Shown: piece by piece, positions 1-13,971 of the stretch
Layout: each line of letters starts with the position of its first letter
Numbering within the stretch: position 1 is the stretch's first letter
Assembly: GCA_051362555.1 (NCBI GenBank)
Contig: CM120646.1
Span: 23,684,001-23,748,000, forward strand
DNA: 64,000 nucleotides
Source: Lingula anatina
Taxonomy: Eukaryota > Animalia > Brachiopoda
Direction of reading: 5' to 3'
Notes under the pieces: model-generated
Told to the model about the DNA's origin: nothing
What the model saw: the letters and a program-made list of their open reading frames with translations, nothing else
Databases searched by the model: none
Translations under genes and position numbers: made by a program

Positions 1-565
1 CACTTTATACAGGCCTTTTGAGGAGTAGAAGGGGGCCTGTAGAAACAACCCAAAATTTAAACTAGATTTTTTTAGCAAACTCTATGGTTAAAAGGTCCAC
101 CTTTTCATAAAATGCCCCCCCCCCCCTTTCCCCGGATACAGCTGACTAAAGGTCCATAATCATTAAATTACCATGTAAATTCCACACAGTAGTGTCTGCT
201 CATCATTGATTCTATAGCTACACAAGATAGTAAAGCTGTTCTTATACCACAAAGGGATCTTGATTTCAACAATCTCTTCAAAATGCTCTTAGCTACACCA
301 AGATTTCAATGGTCCTGTTTCCTACTGTCTCAAATCACTTAGTTCAGTGACAGACACTGGTGACAGACAGGTTGTGTTAAGTGACATTTAGAGGACTACA
401 GTGGTTAAAGCTGAGTGGTAGTAGAGACTTCAAAAGTCTGTCTCGTCTTAATTCTTATCTTGGTGGTGCCGTCAGACTGTCACAAATGACTTAACCAGGT
501 CATCAAAATGCTCCAAAAGGGGTTGAAATAGTTTGAAGACGATAATCTGCTGTAGTCAGACTATG

Positions 566-750
566 AGACCATTCCCAGACCCTGTTGTACTAACCGTGGA
601 TCGATCTATCTCCAAGGGGAATCTCGCTATATTGCAGTCAACATGCCAGACATCTAAGCTGCTTAAGCTGAAAACAATTTTCTAGTAGCAAGAAACCCCT
701 CGGAGATGGATCGATCCTGTTAGATTGATCTAGGTATGGGAACCCAGTCT
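566..750. mobile_element. Degenerate MITE related to family A
   Basis: GACCATTCCCAGA start; internal inverted GATCGATCTATCTCCAAGGGG / CCCCTCGGAGATGGATCGATC. Confidence 0.5.
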
Positions 751-929
751 ATGTCTGCTGTAGCCAGTATGTGGCTGTTCCATCTTCTCTCTTTCTACTG
801 TTGACCCTGTGGCCTTATTGATTTTGTGTTGTCTGTGAGCTAAAGAAAGAACTGTTGTGTTGACTTGTTCAGTGGGGCGTGGGGTTGATTGGAGTAGAGT
901 TCATGGGTGGGACATGGAAGACGCTGTAG

Positions 930-955
930 GAGGCGAGAACATCCATGGCTGTCAG
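930..955 (+). CDS. Possible upstream micro-exon or start exon of the RhoGAP gene (...MAVR)
   Basis: Donor CAG|GTGAGG at 956 and possible acceptor CTGTAG| at 929. ATG at 945 reads M-A-V-R and ends in phase 2, matching the phase-2 start of exon 19823. No homology support. Confidence 0.2.
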
Positions 956-1167
956 GTGAGGGTTGCTATATTAATGGTAGGTCAGGGTTGGTGTTAACTG
1001 CCTTATGTACCATTTGTACTTGATGGTCAGTAATCAGTAGTAATATTCCAGAGGTTCTGCAAAGCAGGTGTTGAGGTACATAGTGCATATGTTAAAATTG
1101 GGGCACCTGAGATATTCAGAGGATATCTGTTTACTAAGTACCCTTACTCTTACTAAGCTTACCAATA

Positions 1168-1169
<2 letters not shown>

Positions 1170-1261
<92 letters not shown>
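1170..1261. repeat. (GT)n microsatellite
   Basis: Direct reading. Confidence 0.97.
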
Positions 1262-1262
<1 letters not shown>

Positions 1263-1912
1263 ACAGTCAGTGTGTGCATGTGTGTGTGTGTGTGTCATAG
1301 TATGCGCGTGTGTGTGTGTTTGGCAGGAAGGGTAATACAGGTGATGTACTGAAGATGTGGTAAAGAATGCTTACATAGCAGATGAAGTGTGACGCAGACA
1401 GTATACATTGTGCACTTTATCTTTAGGTCAGTTTACCTCTGTGTGTGTGTGTGTGTGTGTTTGTTTGCATGTGTGGGGGTGTATAATATGATGGGGAATC
1501 CAGTACATCCCCACTTTTGGTACGTGTCACCTTGTACTTCTTCCTTCTATCAATACAAACCATGCTGATCACTGGCACAGGTCAATCCAAATATAAATAT
1601 CAGTTATTTAATGTTATGTTGTTGTACTTCACTGGCTGACCATGTGGTGGAAGGTGTGTGTGTTTCTGTTTCCTTCCACCAGGTGTGTCTGTCTGTTAGA
1701 TTGAATACAACAGGTATGTATATACTAACACATGGACCTGTGTGTTTATATGTCTGGCCTGTATTTATCTAAGAGACAAAACCCCTGTATAGAAATAAGT
1801 ACACATGTTTGTGTTGATATGTCACATTTATTATTTTATTACTGAGTGATTAAACACGTTCATGTTGTGAGAGTTTTCATAGCAGTGCACATTGTATGTT
1901 TTGAGTGGGCAG

Positions 1913-2000
1913 TAGGGGTGTCAGGGTGGGTGCTAGGGGGGTGTCAGGGTGGGTGCTAGGGGGGCGTCAGGGTGGGTGCTAGGGGGGCGTCAGGGTGGGG
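1913..2000. repeat. 23-bp G-rich minisatellite x~4
   Basis: TAGGGGGG(T/C)GTCAGGGTGGGTGC repeated. Confidence 0.9.
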
Positions 2001-3215
2001 GTGGATGAAGCACCTGGCTATTTTGTACAATTATATTGTCACCTCACCTGCCAAACTGCTGCCATTCATTCATTCTCCCACCTGACACAGGTAGCTGAGC
2101 TAGGTGTGATTGGAGTGTTATTACACTGGATATGTTACTCTGTACAGAAAGTCTCCACTAAGACAGGTAGGCTGTGGCTATTTTTTATGGAATTTTGGTA
2201 TGAGAAGTTTGAGAAATTTAGAATACCATTGCAATAGTCCTTGGTATTATATTCAAATAGTAAGCAATATAAATCTCAGGTGATAGCAATATGCAGGAAT
2301 AAAATAGGAAATAAAATGTTTAGATCAATTATAACTTCAAGTGGACTAATCAGAATTATTCTGTATCGGAGTGGACCAAAATATCAGTCTAAAAGCTGAG
2401 ATATGTTTTAGGATATGTGTGAAGCCAGTACTAGTATATTTCAAGTGCTATATGGCACTGGGGGGTCTTGTACAGGTGACTGCAGGTGACCACTGACACC
2501 CTGCTGTTATCACACCAATTAGAGGCAGCCTACTTTCAATTAAGGCAGACACATTAAGGGTGATTACAGTGGTCATTAGTCTATCTGGGTCACATACCTG
2601 CATTCCTCAGCCAGGCTTCAGGTCACTTAACGGGCAGTTGGGGAGGATGAAGATGATGGAGAGAAGGCTTTGAGGTGGACCACAGGAGATTTTGGCTGAG
2701 AAACTGAAAATTATTTCATTGATTGTCTGTAAGTTGGTTTGGATTGGGTTGAGATTCCAGAATAAATGAGACAATTATGTTGTAGATTACAGTAGATTCA
2801 GAATACAGCTTATGCTGTCCAGGTATGGTGAAAAAGATGACATAGTTTGATGTAATGAAGGAGGTCATTTGTAAGAGGTGTATCGTCTATTAACATTTTC
2901 TTTAGAAAGAAGAGAAGCAGCTCTTAATACAACACATGCTGCTCTGGTTGTATGCTACAGGTTTTGATAAAAAAGAATCAATGTAGAATAGATATCAGTA
3001 TTACTGTCATTCACTGAGGATGGGAATCTTCGTTACGGGTGTTTTAGAGTGTAAAACTACATGAATAGACTGAATGGCTTTAGATAGTGTTACATAAATT
3101 TGTAACACATTTTGTCAGTTTATTGTGTTGTATATAAAGCAAATTGGTAGAAAATAGTGAGGCAGTATACTAGAGATAACAGTGCACCAGTGGAATACTC
3201 AAGATTTCCTGTCCA

Positions 3216-3217
<2 letters not shown>

Positions 3218-3287
<70 letters not shown>
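3218..3287. repeat. (CT)n(CA)n microsatellite
   Basis: Direct reading. Confidence 0.95.
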
Positions 3288-4805
3288 TTTGTCACTTTCT
3301 CTCTCCTCTGGTAGAAGGTGTAGATACCCTAGTAGTATATATATATATATATTGGTACATCTGCATGCTTGACACAGTTAATGTTTCATGAGTCACTTCT
3401 TTTTCCACAACAGGTGCACATCAACCCTGCACATACTTCAGTTATACATCTCTGGGGCCACAGCGTAGACCCACTCAAGCGTGAACATGTATTATCTGCC
3501 TGTTGTGAATATTTCATGTTACACAATCAGTGTCTCGGGTAAAAAAATAAGGGCAGAGTTTTAGCAGTGTTTGCATTTTAGATGAAAACTAATGCAGAGA
3601 TTTTTGTAGGTGCTTGAAAGTTTGTTTTTTAATCAGGGGAGGAGGGGGGTGGGCAGGAAAAATTGTAAAAAGAAAAAGAAATTGATGCCTAAAGTCAGCA
3701 TTCAGTACATAACAAGAACCAGGATACTGGGCTAAGATAACCCTGCTTGTTAAAGATGGTTCAAATGATTTGGTAACAAGGTGAAAGCCTGGAATCTATT
3801 TTTATACACAACCAGTGAGAATCACTTTGTATAAGAATTCCAGGCAGGTGTGAATTTTATTGAGATTCATTGCACATTGATAGTTGTTTATTTCTTCACT
3901 GATATTTGTACCAGTGATATCTGTGCACTAAGTATAACTCTCTGAAGGAACTCCCTGGTGTTCCCATAGCTAATGTCACCTACAGAATACAAAATACTGC
4001 TGACATGACATGTTTTATTATTGAGATTATGATACAGTGTTATGTCAGGCAACAGTTTTGTTTTTTGTTAGCATTTTAGAAATAACTTACCCAGCCTTAA
4101 ACCATCATTTGTTACAAACACTGAGTACACTGTGGACTACATCAAGGGGTTTATGGGATAATGCAGTTTCGCTGAGCCAGTAAAGATTGCAAAGACTAAT
4201 GGGAGACTTAATTTTTATCATAAGAATAAAATGATCATTTACAGTAGGCTCTATTGTTTCTATGATATGTTGTTCTCTCATGAGGTAAGTTAGACCTGTT
4301 TGGATCTCAAGTACTCTTTATCTGAATATGGCTTTGGTAGACAAAACAGCTAAGGGACTACTTTCTCCTAATTCTGCCAGTGTTCTGATGCACTTACATC
4401 ATAATTTCTTGTCTAGTTTCTTCTGCCCTTGAAACTTTGTTTTTTAAGTACCATATTTTATCAGGTTGTGCATTCTTGATGTGTTTGACAGATACACAAA
4501 ACTAACCAGTTGGAAATGAAGCCATTTTTGTCAAGCTGACTCTATAAATTGAACAGAAAACGTATTGTGTATCCTTTTCAGTCATTTAGTACCCTATTGT
4601 TGGGGAGGAATTTGAGTGAACCATGCCAATTTGCTCCCATTAAAGCTTTGTCTGTCTGTCAGCTTTGTAAAGAGAGGTGTTTTTATGCTTGAAACCAGAT
4701 ATGTTTTGACAGTTTCTTCGTGAAGGTATTCTACCAGCACCCTGAAAATCACAGGGTACTGGAAACTGAGATCCCTGAATGTACTGGGTATGTATTGGAA
4801 ACTAA

Positions 4806-5005
4806 GACCCCATTTCCAGAGATTAGATCGACCTAACTCCCTGGGGGTTCACGCTAAATAGCTGTCAGCCGGGCAGACACGAAAGTTAATTACCCCCTTA
4901 CAGCTTGTAGTAGGCGGAACGGACATTTAAGCCGGATTATCTGACAGTAACCTAGTGAGACTCCCCGCGGGGATAGATCGATCTAAAAGCTCTGGGAATA
5001 CAGCC
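4806..5005 (+). mobile_element. MITE family A, PIF/Harbinger-like
   Basis: Imperfect TIRs containing TAGATCGATCTA; TAA on both flanks (3-bp TWA TSD); homologous copies at 23648 and 60686. Confidence 0.8.
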
Positions 5006-8000
5006 TAAGCCACCAGGGGATAGGTGCAGCGTTAAATCTAATACGCAGCTTAAAATTTGTAGCAAATAGTATGAAAATCTCTCTTAAAACATGAGAATTT
5101 AAAAAAAATAAGTATCAGCTCCAAAATTTTTTTTTTCTTTAACAAAGATATGCCATACATAATAGCAGATGCTAGAAGTGCAACCTACTGGTTTGGCAGT
5201 GTGATATTAGTGAGATGGGGATAAGCAGCTTTAACAACACAAATGACTGCTATCAGCAGTCTGATATCAAGGCAATAGACACAGAAAGTGAAAACCTCTG
5301 GCTAGACCTGTTATATAACTAACACAGGGGAAGAATGCCCTTATCTTCATGGTACATGTATTGGCCCAGAGCTATATCTTACAGCAATCCTCTTGAGTGA
5401 GTGTGTGCGTGCGCGTGCATGCATGTGTGCATGCATGTATGTGTGTTTGTCCTCATACTTATCTTTTTTACCTTTAAATGGTTTGAAAATACTTCGAACT
5501 TGGGCCATGATATCAGAAAATCTTTTTCCTAGCATCTTCAGTTCTCTAGTAGTTCAGAAGTGTGGTGGTCTCTGTGGGTTTTATACATGTATATTGAATT
5601 TGATAACAGTTGGGCTTTGTAACAGCCCATTAAAACAAATCCTAAGAGATTTAGAAGGCAAAGGAGATAGCTGAGATGAAAGGTCTAGTTGTTGTAGTCT
5701 ATGGTATACAGTGTATTACTGAGATTGGTTTTCTATGAAGGTAATTGAATTAGGATGTGTGGATGGTGACTTTGGAAAAGGCTATCACTGAAGTGGTATC
5801 TTTTTACTGGTAAATGTCTTCTATTGTTGTAAGTATGGGCATTGTCTACTCTGGGTGAGTTATGGGTGGAAGCAAGGAGTACAAAGAGATAGCTTGGGGT
5901 AAATTTTGATGGAAAGAGTACTGTAACCTTTCTGTTGTTGAACTCTCAATACTTGGATTAGCCTCTAATTTAGATTAAGTGATAGATGTGGTGTCTCTTT
6001 ATTACATAGTTTTCAGTCATTTATCCCCAGGTAGATATTTTAGTTCTAGACCCAGGCTAAAGATGGTTTTGGCCGACACAAGGAGGGACTGTTTTCATAA
6101 CCTTTGCAATTTTCAGAAATTGATATTTTTTTTTAATGAGGAAGAACTTGAACCCAGCCTGTATCATGGTAGAGAACCCAGTAGTGCCTTGCTCAGATAC
6201 TACTACTACACCTTGTCAGTCCCAGGTGAGCAGCTTTGTCTACAGGCAGGTAGAGGTCAGGGGTCAGTTTACAGCCTGCTTATGACAAATAGACGGAGAA
6301 AGTGAAACCTCTGATGATTCATGTAACTTTTAATCATCAAGTTTCTTTATCACACTCCAAGTGAGTGTCCAGTAATGTTCAGTTAGGAGCCGTACTGACC
6401 ACAGTATAACCTAATAGATCACACAGTTCACTTGAAGCAGATAATGTGAGAGCAGAGTTTTGATTTAAGATAATCATCTATAACTATCCAGTGGTTTAGA
6501 TAAGGTATGCACAGGTAAGCATTTAATGTTGTGTAAATTTTTTTTTTAATTTTCTATTGACTATTTGATAAAGTAATCATCAACAATTTCGGCTTTCACC
6601 ATGCAGTCACAGAAGTAGGAGTATCTTTGCTTGCTATCCGGAGGTTATTTTAACTGTGAAAGTCAAAACTAAAACTGCTGACTTCTGTACATGACTGTCA
6701 CATGAAGCTAGTCAGTCACTTCTTAGGGCCACCTGTAAGATAACAGATGATGGGTGTGTTGCATAACTTGATTGATTGCTTTACATCGTGCTGCTGTATT
6801 TAATCCTAAGGTTTGCTGCAGAGATAAAAGAAGAAAAGAACATTAGCCAAGTGTTATAAATGAGAGTGGAATTTTGTGCTGATATGGTATTTCCTTGTCT
6901 TCTTTTAGTCCTCATTGTTTTAGATTATCAGTATTTTATTGATGTAATTTATAAAACTTCACAGGGAATCATAGCTGTGTACGTGTGTGTTTAGAGGGAG
7001 TGTTTTCACCCTTCGCTGCTGTAGGTAAAGTGGAAATGTTCAGATCTTATCAGACAGGGATAATGGAGATAAATGATGGTTGAAACAGTACAGCTAATGA
7101 AGGTTGCCTCAGTGACAGGCCTAAGGTGTCACAGAGGGTGGGAGGCGGGGAGCTTGAGATGAGAGAGAGAGTGAGAGAGAGATGGCAGAGGTTCCTGTCA
7201 TTTTACTACACTTAACTTTCAGAGGGTGAGTTTTTGTCCTTAGTCTGATTTGACTTGAATTTAAATTTAAAAAAAAACTGTCTCACAGAACAGACTCTAT
7301 CAGCTAGACATCCAGGGACCGCATTATAACAGTGCGTGATAATTCAGTACAGTAAAACTTTCAAAGAAAGCTTTAAAAGAAAAGCAGCCTGATGTAATAG
7401 TATCTCCCCAACAGATCACTCCGTACACCTCAGTCTGGTTCTGTGGACTTGTGTTCTTTGTATCAATGTTATGTACAGAGTCAACAGCAGGGAAAATGCT
7501 GGCAAAAAGTAGCATTCTGATCAATGTTGTCCAGACAATATGTAAACAACCCTCAGTGACACCTGTTGTTAACAGCTCCATTTACCATGTGTCAACTACT
7601 GAGGATAAAAAAGTCTCTGTTATTGTTTCGTTGTTTGCTATGTGGAAAGAGTATGTTGGCGTCAGCTGCTTTTATAGGAAGTATGTCTAAGTGATGTCTG
7701 TTTGGCAAAGTTCTTTTGTTTTTTAAGTTCCATTTCTCATTGAGTAATGTTGGATGAAATTATTTCGTTCTAAAAACTTGAAAGAACATTTCTCCTTTAA
7801 GTGTTATTTTTATACTTTTTCAGGGTGCTATTACAATGAACTTTTTTAATGTGGAAACCAAAACTAGGAAGTGTACACTGAAGTTAGGCTAAATATTATT
7901 TGTATCATGGAATATTGAGCCCAGTTTATAGAAAAAAAATATTGCAGTGTTTTTGGGCTGGTGTATGAAAGTATTTTGGGATTTCTGCTATTATGGGGTG

Positions 8001-9548
8001 CAGAACAAGTTGCATTTTAGTGGTGTTCCTTTGTAAGACTTGTCTTGTTAGTATTCCTATGGCAGTGCTTGTCATTGCACAGAAGTGTGTCTGGTTCTTC
8101 TCCAGCACAATGTCAGCAGCTTCTCTAACACAATCAAGATCATGGTCACCTCTACTGCTCCTCACAAATTGTGTATAGTACCAGCTAGGAATATGACAAC
8201 ATTTCTGCAGTGGATTGCTGTGGTGAAGTTGAAGTATATAATTGAGGAATGTTTGAATGTTTAACCTAGGGTTGTGTGGTGATTATTACTGGCTTGAATT
8301 TAAAATGCGTTTTGAAGTGAAAGATGATACTAGATTAAATATTGAATATCTTAAATAAGTGCCAAGGGAAAATGATACAATTAATGTTTGTTGCATATTT
8401 CCTAACTTGCCAAGTCTGTGGAGTAATGAATGTGTATTGAAGTCACAACAAGTGGCACATTAGTCCAATTTTACAAAAATAATAAATCAGCTAATGTCCA
8501 CAAAAGAGACTAGAACTTGGTAATATGCACGTCTTGGATTGGTACTTGTAAGGTGTTTCCTCAAAAGTGGCCCCTTATGTTAAGGTGTAGCCCCGATCAT
8601 GAATGAGCATGGATTGTGCTATGGGCCTAACTATATTAGCTACATTGAATGCTGCAATGTAATTGGTTAGTTGTTTCCTCAAAAGGGGCCCCTGTGATCC
8701 AAGCTATAGCCCTTATCATGGATAAGTAATGTGTATACTGTAGCCGTACATAGATATAACAGTGCAGTAAATATACATTAAGTTCAGACAGTCCCAGTGG
8801 CTACTTAGATCAATGCTGCTGTATTATACCTTCATTGAAGGATGTGTGTTTCCATTCTCTCCTCATTCACAGACAGTGAAGTTAGCAGCTCTGTTTAGCT
8901 TTCTTATGCCAGTCTTCTTTCTAACCAAATACTCCTATGGATATGTACTATAGGAAGTAGATTATTATACCAGGAAAATTCCATGAACTCTGACTGGGAT
9001 ATGATTGGAAGCTGATATAGTTGTCAGGGATCCAACATCTCAGCAAGTAGTGTGTTTGGAAAGGATTTCATCTGATCCTGCTACTATTTAATATGGGACT
9101 GCTTCGTTAACCTGGCGATGATGGTGTTGAATGGCTGGAAAATATGGGCTGGAATTGAAGAAGATGATGATGTATTCATTTATATCAAGTCTCTAGATTT
9201 GATGGATTATATTGTGTTTGCTTACATAGGGAACCCAGGATTTTTCACAATCATCTTCAGAGGCAAAATCGAGATTACTGTCTTGTGCAGTAATTGTTGT
9301 GTATTAAGCGTCATATGAAAGTGAACACAGACATACCAAACTAAGGCCTGACTATTAGTTTGTACTATAGTAGACATGTTATATATTTTCTGATCTGTGA
9401 GTGACTCTTGGCTTCCCACAGCAGTCTATGTATATCAGAAGGATCCAGATCTCGCCATGCATGTGTTTACTATGATGTTTCAGAAAAGGTTAGTAATATG
9501 ATGGCAGCACACACAAAGGAGAGGAGTCAAGATTTAAATAGGAATAAG

Positions 9549-9854
9549 GAAAACCATCACAACAATTTATTTGCATTTTAGGGCTATTAGGGACTGTTCA
9601 CATGACAAGTCTATTTTCTAAAAATCTATTTTCTATTCGCGGTATCTTGTGAGCACTGTCTGTGCCCTGAATACCCCGCGGCGTAATTACTGGCAGCATG
9701 AGCCAGTTACTTCCAAAGCTGTAATTAATTTTCGGCTGCGCTCGGAGTGATTACAAGATACCGCGAATAGAAAATAGATTTTTAGAAAATAGACTTTCCA
9801 TGTGAACAGTCCCTAATAGCCCTAAAATGCGAATAAATTGTTGTGATGGTTTTC
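9549..9854. mobile_element. Long-TIR foldback/MITE element
   Basis: ~100-bp near-perfect inverted arms (9549-9650 and 9753-9854) around a ~100-bp core. Confidence 0.85.
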
Positions 9855-11455
9855 TTGGAGCCTGCTTTTTAATTTATAACTTAAATCAGAAAGTTGAAAT
9901 TAGATAAATGTTTATAGTCTGATAAAATTGAAATGAAAGCAAAGATTATGACATTAAGATAAGGTAATTATTATCTGTTTGAACTTGGTTATCTTTTCTC
10001 CATATATCTAGTAGCAATATATATATATATATGTGTGTGTGGTGGGTGTTTGCTGATGATATATATATACACAAAGGGCTATGCCTTATTTTTAGGTGCA
10101 CATATTTCTATATTTTATACAGAAGTATAAGGGATGTCCTGGTAAGAAAGTATCAGCTCGTAGGAAAAATTTTTAAGAACATGAACAACTTGACTCAGTC
10201 CGACCTTGAATTGTCAGTAAAAATCCCGCTGAGACTTTGACATGTTCTAGCACATGTTCTTACTTGTTTATAAATGATTAGATTTTTTTTTTCGGCATCC
10301 AAAATCTGGTTGCTGTGTTGTCAGCTGTGTCCAGTGATTCAGTTATGTGCTGTATGCAAGCATGTACTGAATGACTTGTCAAAATTCTAAGTCAAATTCA
10401 TCTTTATTTACCAGGGATAATTTTTTCCAACTATTATTTACCAGGGATGAGATTTTTTTGCCTATTGGTGGATTTTTGACTTTTTGGTAGCCAAAAAGTC
10501 TTTGGCCTAGACTAGGTGTCCCCAACACCATTTTTTCAACTTTTTCACTAAATAGCAGTCTTATTTATAGATGAATTATGGATGAATTACTAACTGAGAG
10601 ACATGCCTGCAATGAAAATATATATGTTTATTTCATTCAATTATATTTCAGTAATTGATGGTGGGAACGGGAGGAAATATTTTGCTCAAGAACTTCACTG
10701 TTCCCCATGATAATGAAACATTTCCCTGTCCTCAGTTGACCCTAGTATTCAGTCCATTAAACATTAAAAGCATCAACACTGTAATCTAATCATACCAGGT
10801 AAAAGTACTTTAAGTCCATTAAAGTTTTCCCATTTTGAGTACTTTAATCTTCCCCCCCCCCCCCATCCCCACGTCCCATGTCACTATGTTGCCCCTGCGT
10901 CTGTGTCTTAATCAAAGTAGACGTGGCAGTGAGGCAGTAAAGTGATGAAGGGCAGCTAGGGCCAAGGAAATGTTATGGGAAATTATCACACCAAGGCTTG
11001 GGTTATAGCTACAAGAACTTGTACAAACTGCTGCAGATCAGCTGAATTTTTCTGCTATTTTAGATTTATTTTTGGAAATATGGTCATATATTCTTTGGGG
11101 TGTTTGGGAAAGTTTTATCTTGTCTGGAACCAAGTAATTAAATGAAATCTGAAAGTTTTGTTTAAATTTTCAAGTTGATTAGATTTATTTTTGGTAAAGT
11201 GGGGAGTATTTGATATAAAATAAATCTTTAATGTTTTCTGACTAATGCCAAGTTTAAAACCCATGTTTTTTCCCAACATTGAGCTGACTCATTTTCAACA
11301 AAAAATTAGCATTTCAAGGAAAAAAGGGATCTAAGTTTAGGTAAGTTCAGTTACATTCCAGACTAGGGGATATAAAAACATATAGTAAAGTAAAAGTCAA
11401 CAGGTTGAGCTGGTTAATCACTGATTTTTTTTCATGGTTTGTTTTTTTCTTTTGC

Positions 11456-11555
11456 ACAAAAAATATGTTATATTTATAGGATTGGAACAAAGAAATTGGG
11501 ATTTTCTTGATATCACTTTTACTGGGTCAGTTTCGCATTAACTTTTCACTATAAT

Positions 11556-11606
<51 letters not shown>

Positions 11607-11840
11607 TTTGTCTTATTATTTTGAAAAATACTTTCATGTTCAAAGTCCATTCAGGAGGTTGCTATGTAACAAAAATATGTTGTTATATTTTTAGGATTGG
11701 TACAAAGAATTTGGGATTTTCTTGATATCACTTTTACTGAGTCAACTTCACAAATAGCTTTTCACTATTTATTTATTTATTTGTCTTATTATTTAAAAAA
11801 AAATACTTTCATGTTCAAAGTCCAGTCAGAAGGTTGCTAT
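11456..11840. repeat. Diverged tandem duplication (~210 and ~170 bp)
   Basis: Both copies run from AAAAATATGTT to GGTTGCTAT; (ATTT)n is expanded only in the first. Confidence 0.85.
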
Positions 11841-12085
11841 AATTTTCTTGTTTCCTTTTTTTTTTCTTTCATTTCCACTCCACCCAAGATTGGATGGCAT
11901 TGCTATGTGTGGAAGTCTGTAAATATTTCATCTGTTCTACCTTCTTTCCTCATATTTGTCCACATATTTCAGATGGTTGGTTGTATGAGTTATGTTTTAA
12001 GTATATTGGTGTATTGGCATATATATATATATATATATTTTGTGAGGTTTTATAAAAGTTAAATTGGGCAAAATAATCATAGTGC

Positions 12086-12124
<39 letters not shown>

Positions 12125-13128
12125 TTTGTTTATTTATAAGTAAAACTTCTCTGTTATTCATATGAAGTATCAAGTATTTTAAAGAACCCATTACCAAGAG
12201 AATTTTAGCAAATTAGCATGGACCCTCATGTTTTTCTTTTGACTTAATTCTAAAGAAGACCTACATATCTACACAATATCAGATTAGATTTCATGATATT
12301 TTTAAGGCCAGAGTAAGTTCGGAGACTGTTTTGGGTTCAGTTGTGAAGCTATGACAGCTAGGACATGGGGGAGGGGAGGAGAGTTTGTATACATTAGGTC
12401 AGATACAATGTCTTCTAGTCACACCATTATCAAATCACTAGACCAGTTTAATGTTTCACAAAGCTACAAAATACATCTTGACTGCATGAAAAAGGGTGGA
12501 TATGGAGAGCAAACTCTCATCAAAGGGACTGTGTCAAATATGTCAGAGAATTTCTTATAAAATATGTCCTCGTGAATCAATTCCTTTAGCTGAATAATGT
12601 AGAAAGATTATTAAAGGTACACAGAATTTTGACTTCATGACTGGAATATTACACAATGATTCATTGTGAAGAAAAGTTGTGGAATAAAATTTTTGAACTA
12701 CAGTGTATTTCAAAGTCATGTTAATATTACCAAACTGAGTTTTAAAAAACTGACCCTCTTGACTTTTGACATGACCCCTGAGAAGAATGACTCAGGATTG
12801 TAGGTCTGTATGTAGCTTCACCAGCAGCATGCGGGCATGATGTAGTTATTTAGAGTGTAGTAGGGGTACTACTGGGTCCACATGACTACTGACTGATGCT
12901 GATGCATGTGTTTGAGGGACTGTGCAGGTAAATAGCTCTACATGGGGTACAGTGGGGTGGGGGGAGGGAGGTTAAGGAGGGGGGAGGGGGTATAATAATG
13001 TATTATATGGCAGGTGGGAGGGGTGAGTCCAATCTTATACCACCAGCTTAGCAAGCTACTTGTCTAACTTAGCACAAAGTGGTCAGATATGATTGTCCTG
13101 TCAGTGGTAGAAACTTGGTGATGATCTC

Positions 13129-13265
13129 CAGGCCCGTAGCCAGAAATTTTAAAAGGGGGGTTCTTGTTCTGAAAAAGTGGACCTTTTACCATAAAATTTT
13201 CATGTACCTTAATTAAATTTCACCCAGAGTGGACTTTTTGCCTGCAAAAAGGGGGGTTCTTTCGA
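13129..13265 (+). mobile_element. Truncated copy of a CAGG-terminated non-autonomous element
   Basis: CAGGCCCGTAGCCAG...GAAAAAGTGGACC matches the copy at 13732; right end missing. Confidence 0.65.
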
Positions 13266-13731
13266 ATTCTCTGTTGTATTACGGTATTCTGAACAACAAG
13301 TAGTGGAAGTACAGAGCCTTGGTGGTATATGGGGTTACCTACACTTCAGGCCCTGTGGCTCTGTATATTTCTTATCACTGATCTCTGTTGTGTCCAGGAT
13401 GATATTCTGTTTTAAACAAAATGATAAACAACAGAATTTCAGGTTTATAGACATGGTGTAGTTGTTGAACTTAAACATATGATGAGAAGTTGAGTAAAAC
13501 TATAAAAGAATCCGGTATTTTGTTAACCACATTAGAGGCAGGACTTCTTCAGAGGCATTGATCTGCTGACTCTCAAAAGTGCTTCTGTACTATTGTATTT
13601 TGTCAAAAAGCCAGATTTAGAATTGTTTCCCTTAAATTAGATTTCTGGCATTGACTTGCCAGATCCTGGTATAGATTCAGTTATATGTTAGTAGAACTCA
13701 GTAAACCAGGATGCAGGAACCATTGAAGTGG

Positions 13732-13915
13732 CAGGCCCATAGCCAGCAATTTCTAAAGGGGGGTTCTTTTTCTGAAAAAGTGGACCTTTACCATGAAACC
13801 ATCGTGTACCTAGATAAAAATTTAACCAGAGAGAACTTTTTCCCGGCAAAAAGGAGGTTTCTTTTTTAACCCCCTGACACCCCCCCCCCCCCAACCCCCT
13901 TCGGCTACAGGCCTG
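13732..13915 (+). mobile_element. Non-autonomous DNA transposon (hAT-like TIRs)
   Basis: CAGGCCCATAGCC ... GGCTACAGGCCTG terminal inverted repeats; no clean TSD. Confidence 0.7.
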
Positions 13916-13939
13916 ACTGGGGCCAACTTCTTCTATTCT

Positions 13940-13971
<32 letters not shown>

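Noticed and set aside
1034-1352. His/Thr- and Cys/Val-rich ORFs (similar ones at 3157, 13688, 31941, 44007)
   Set aside because: Translations of dinucleotide microsatellites.
8553-8730. Diverged ~118-bp-period duplication (TGTTTCCTCAAAAG...)
   Set aside because: Old, degenerate intronic duplication with no sign of function.
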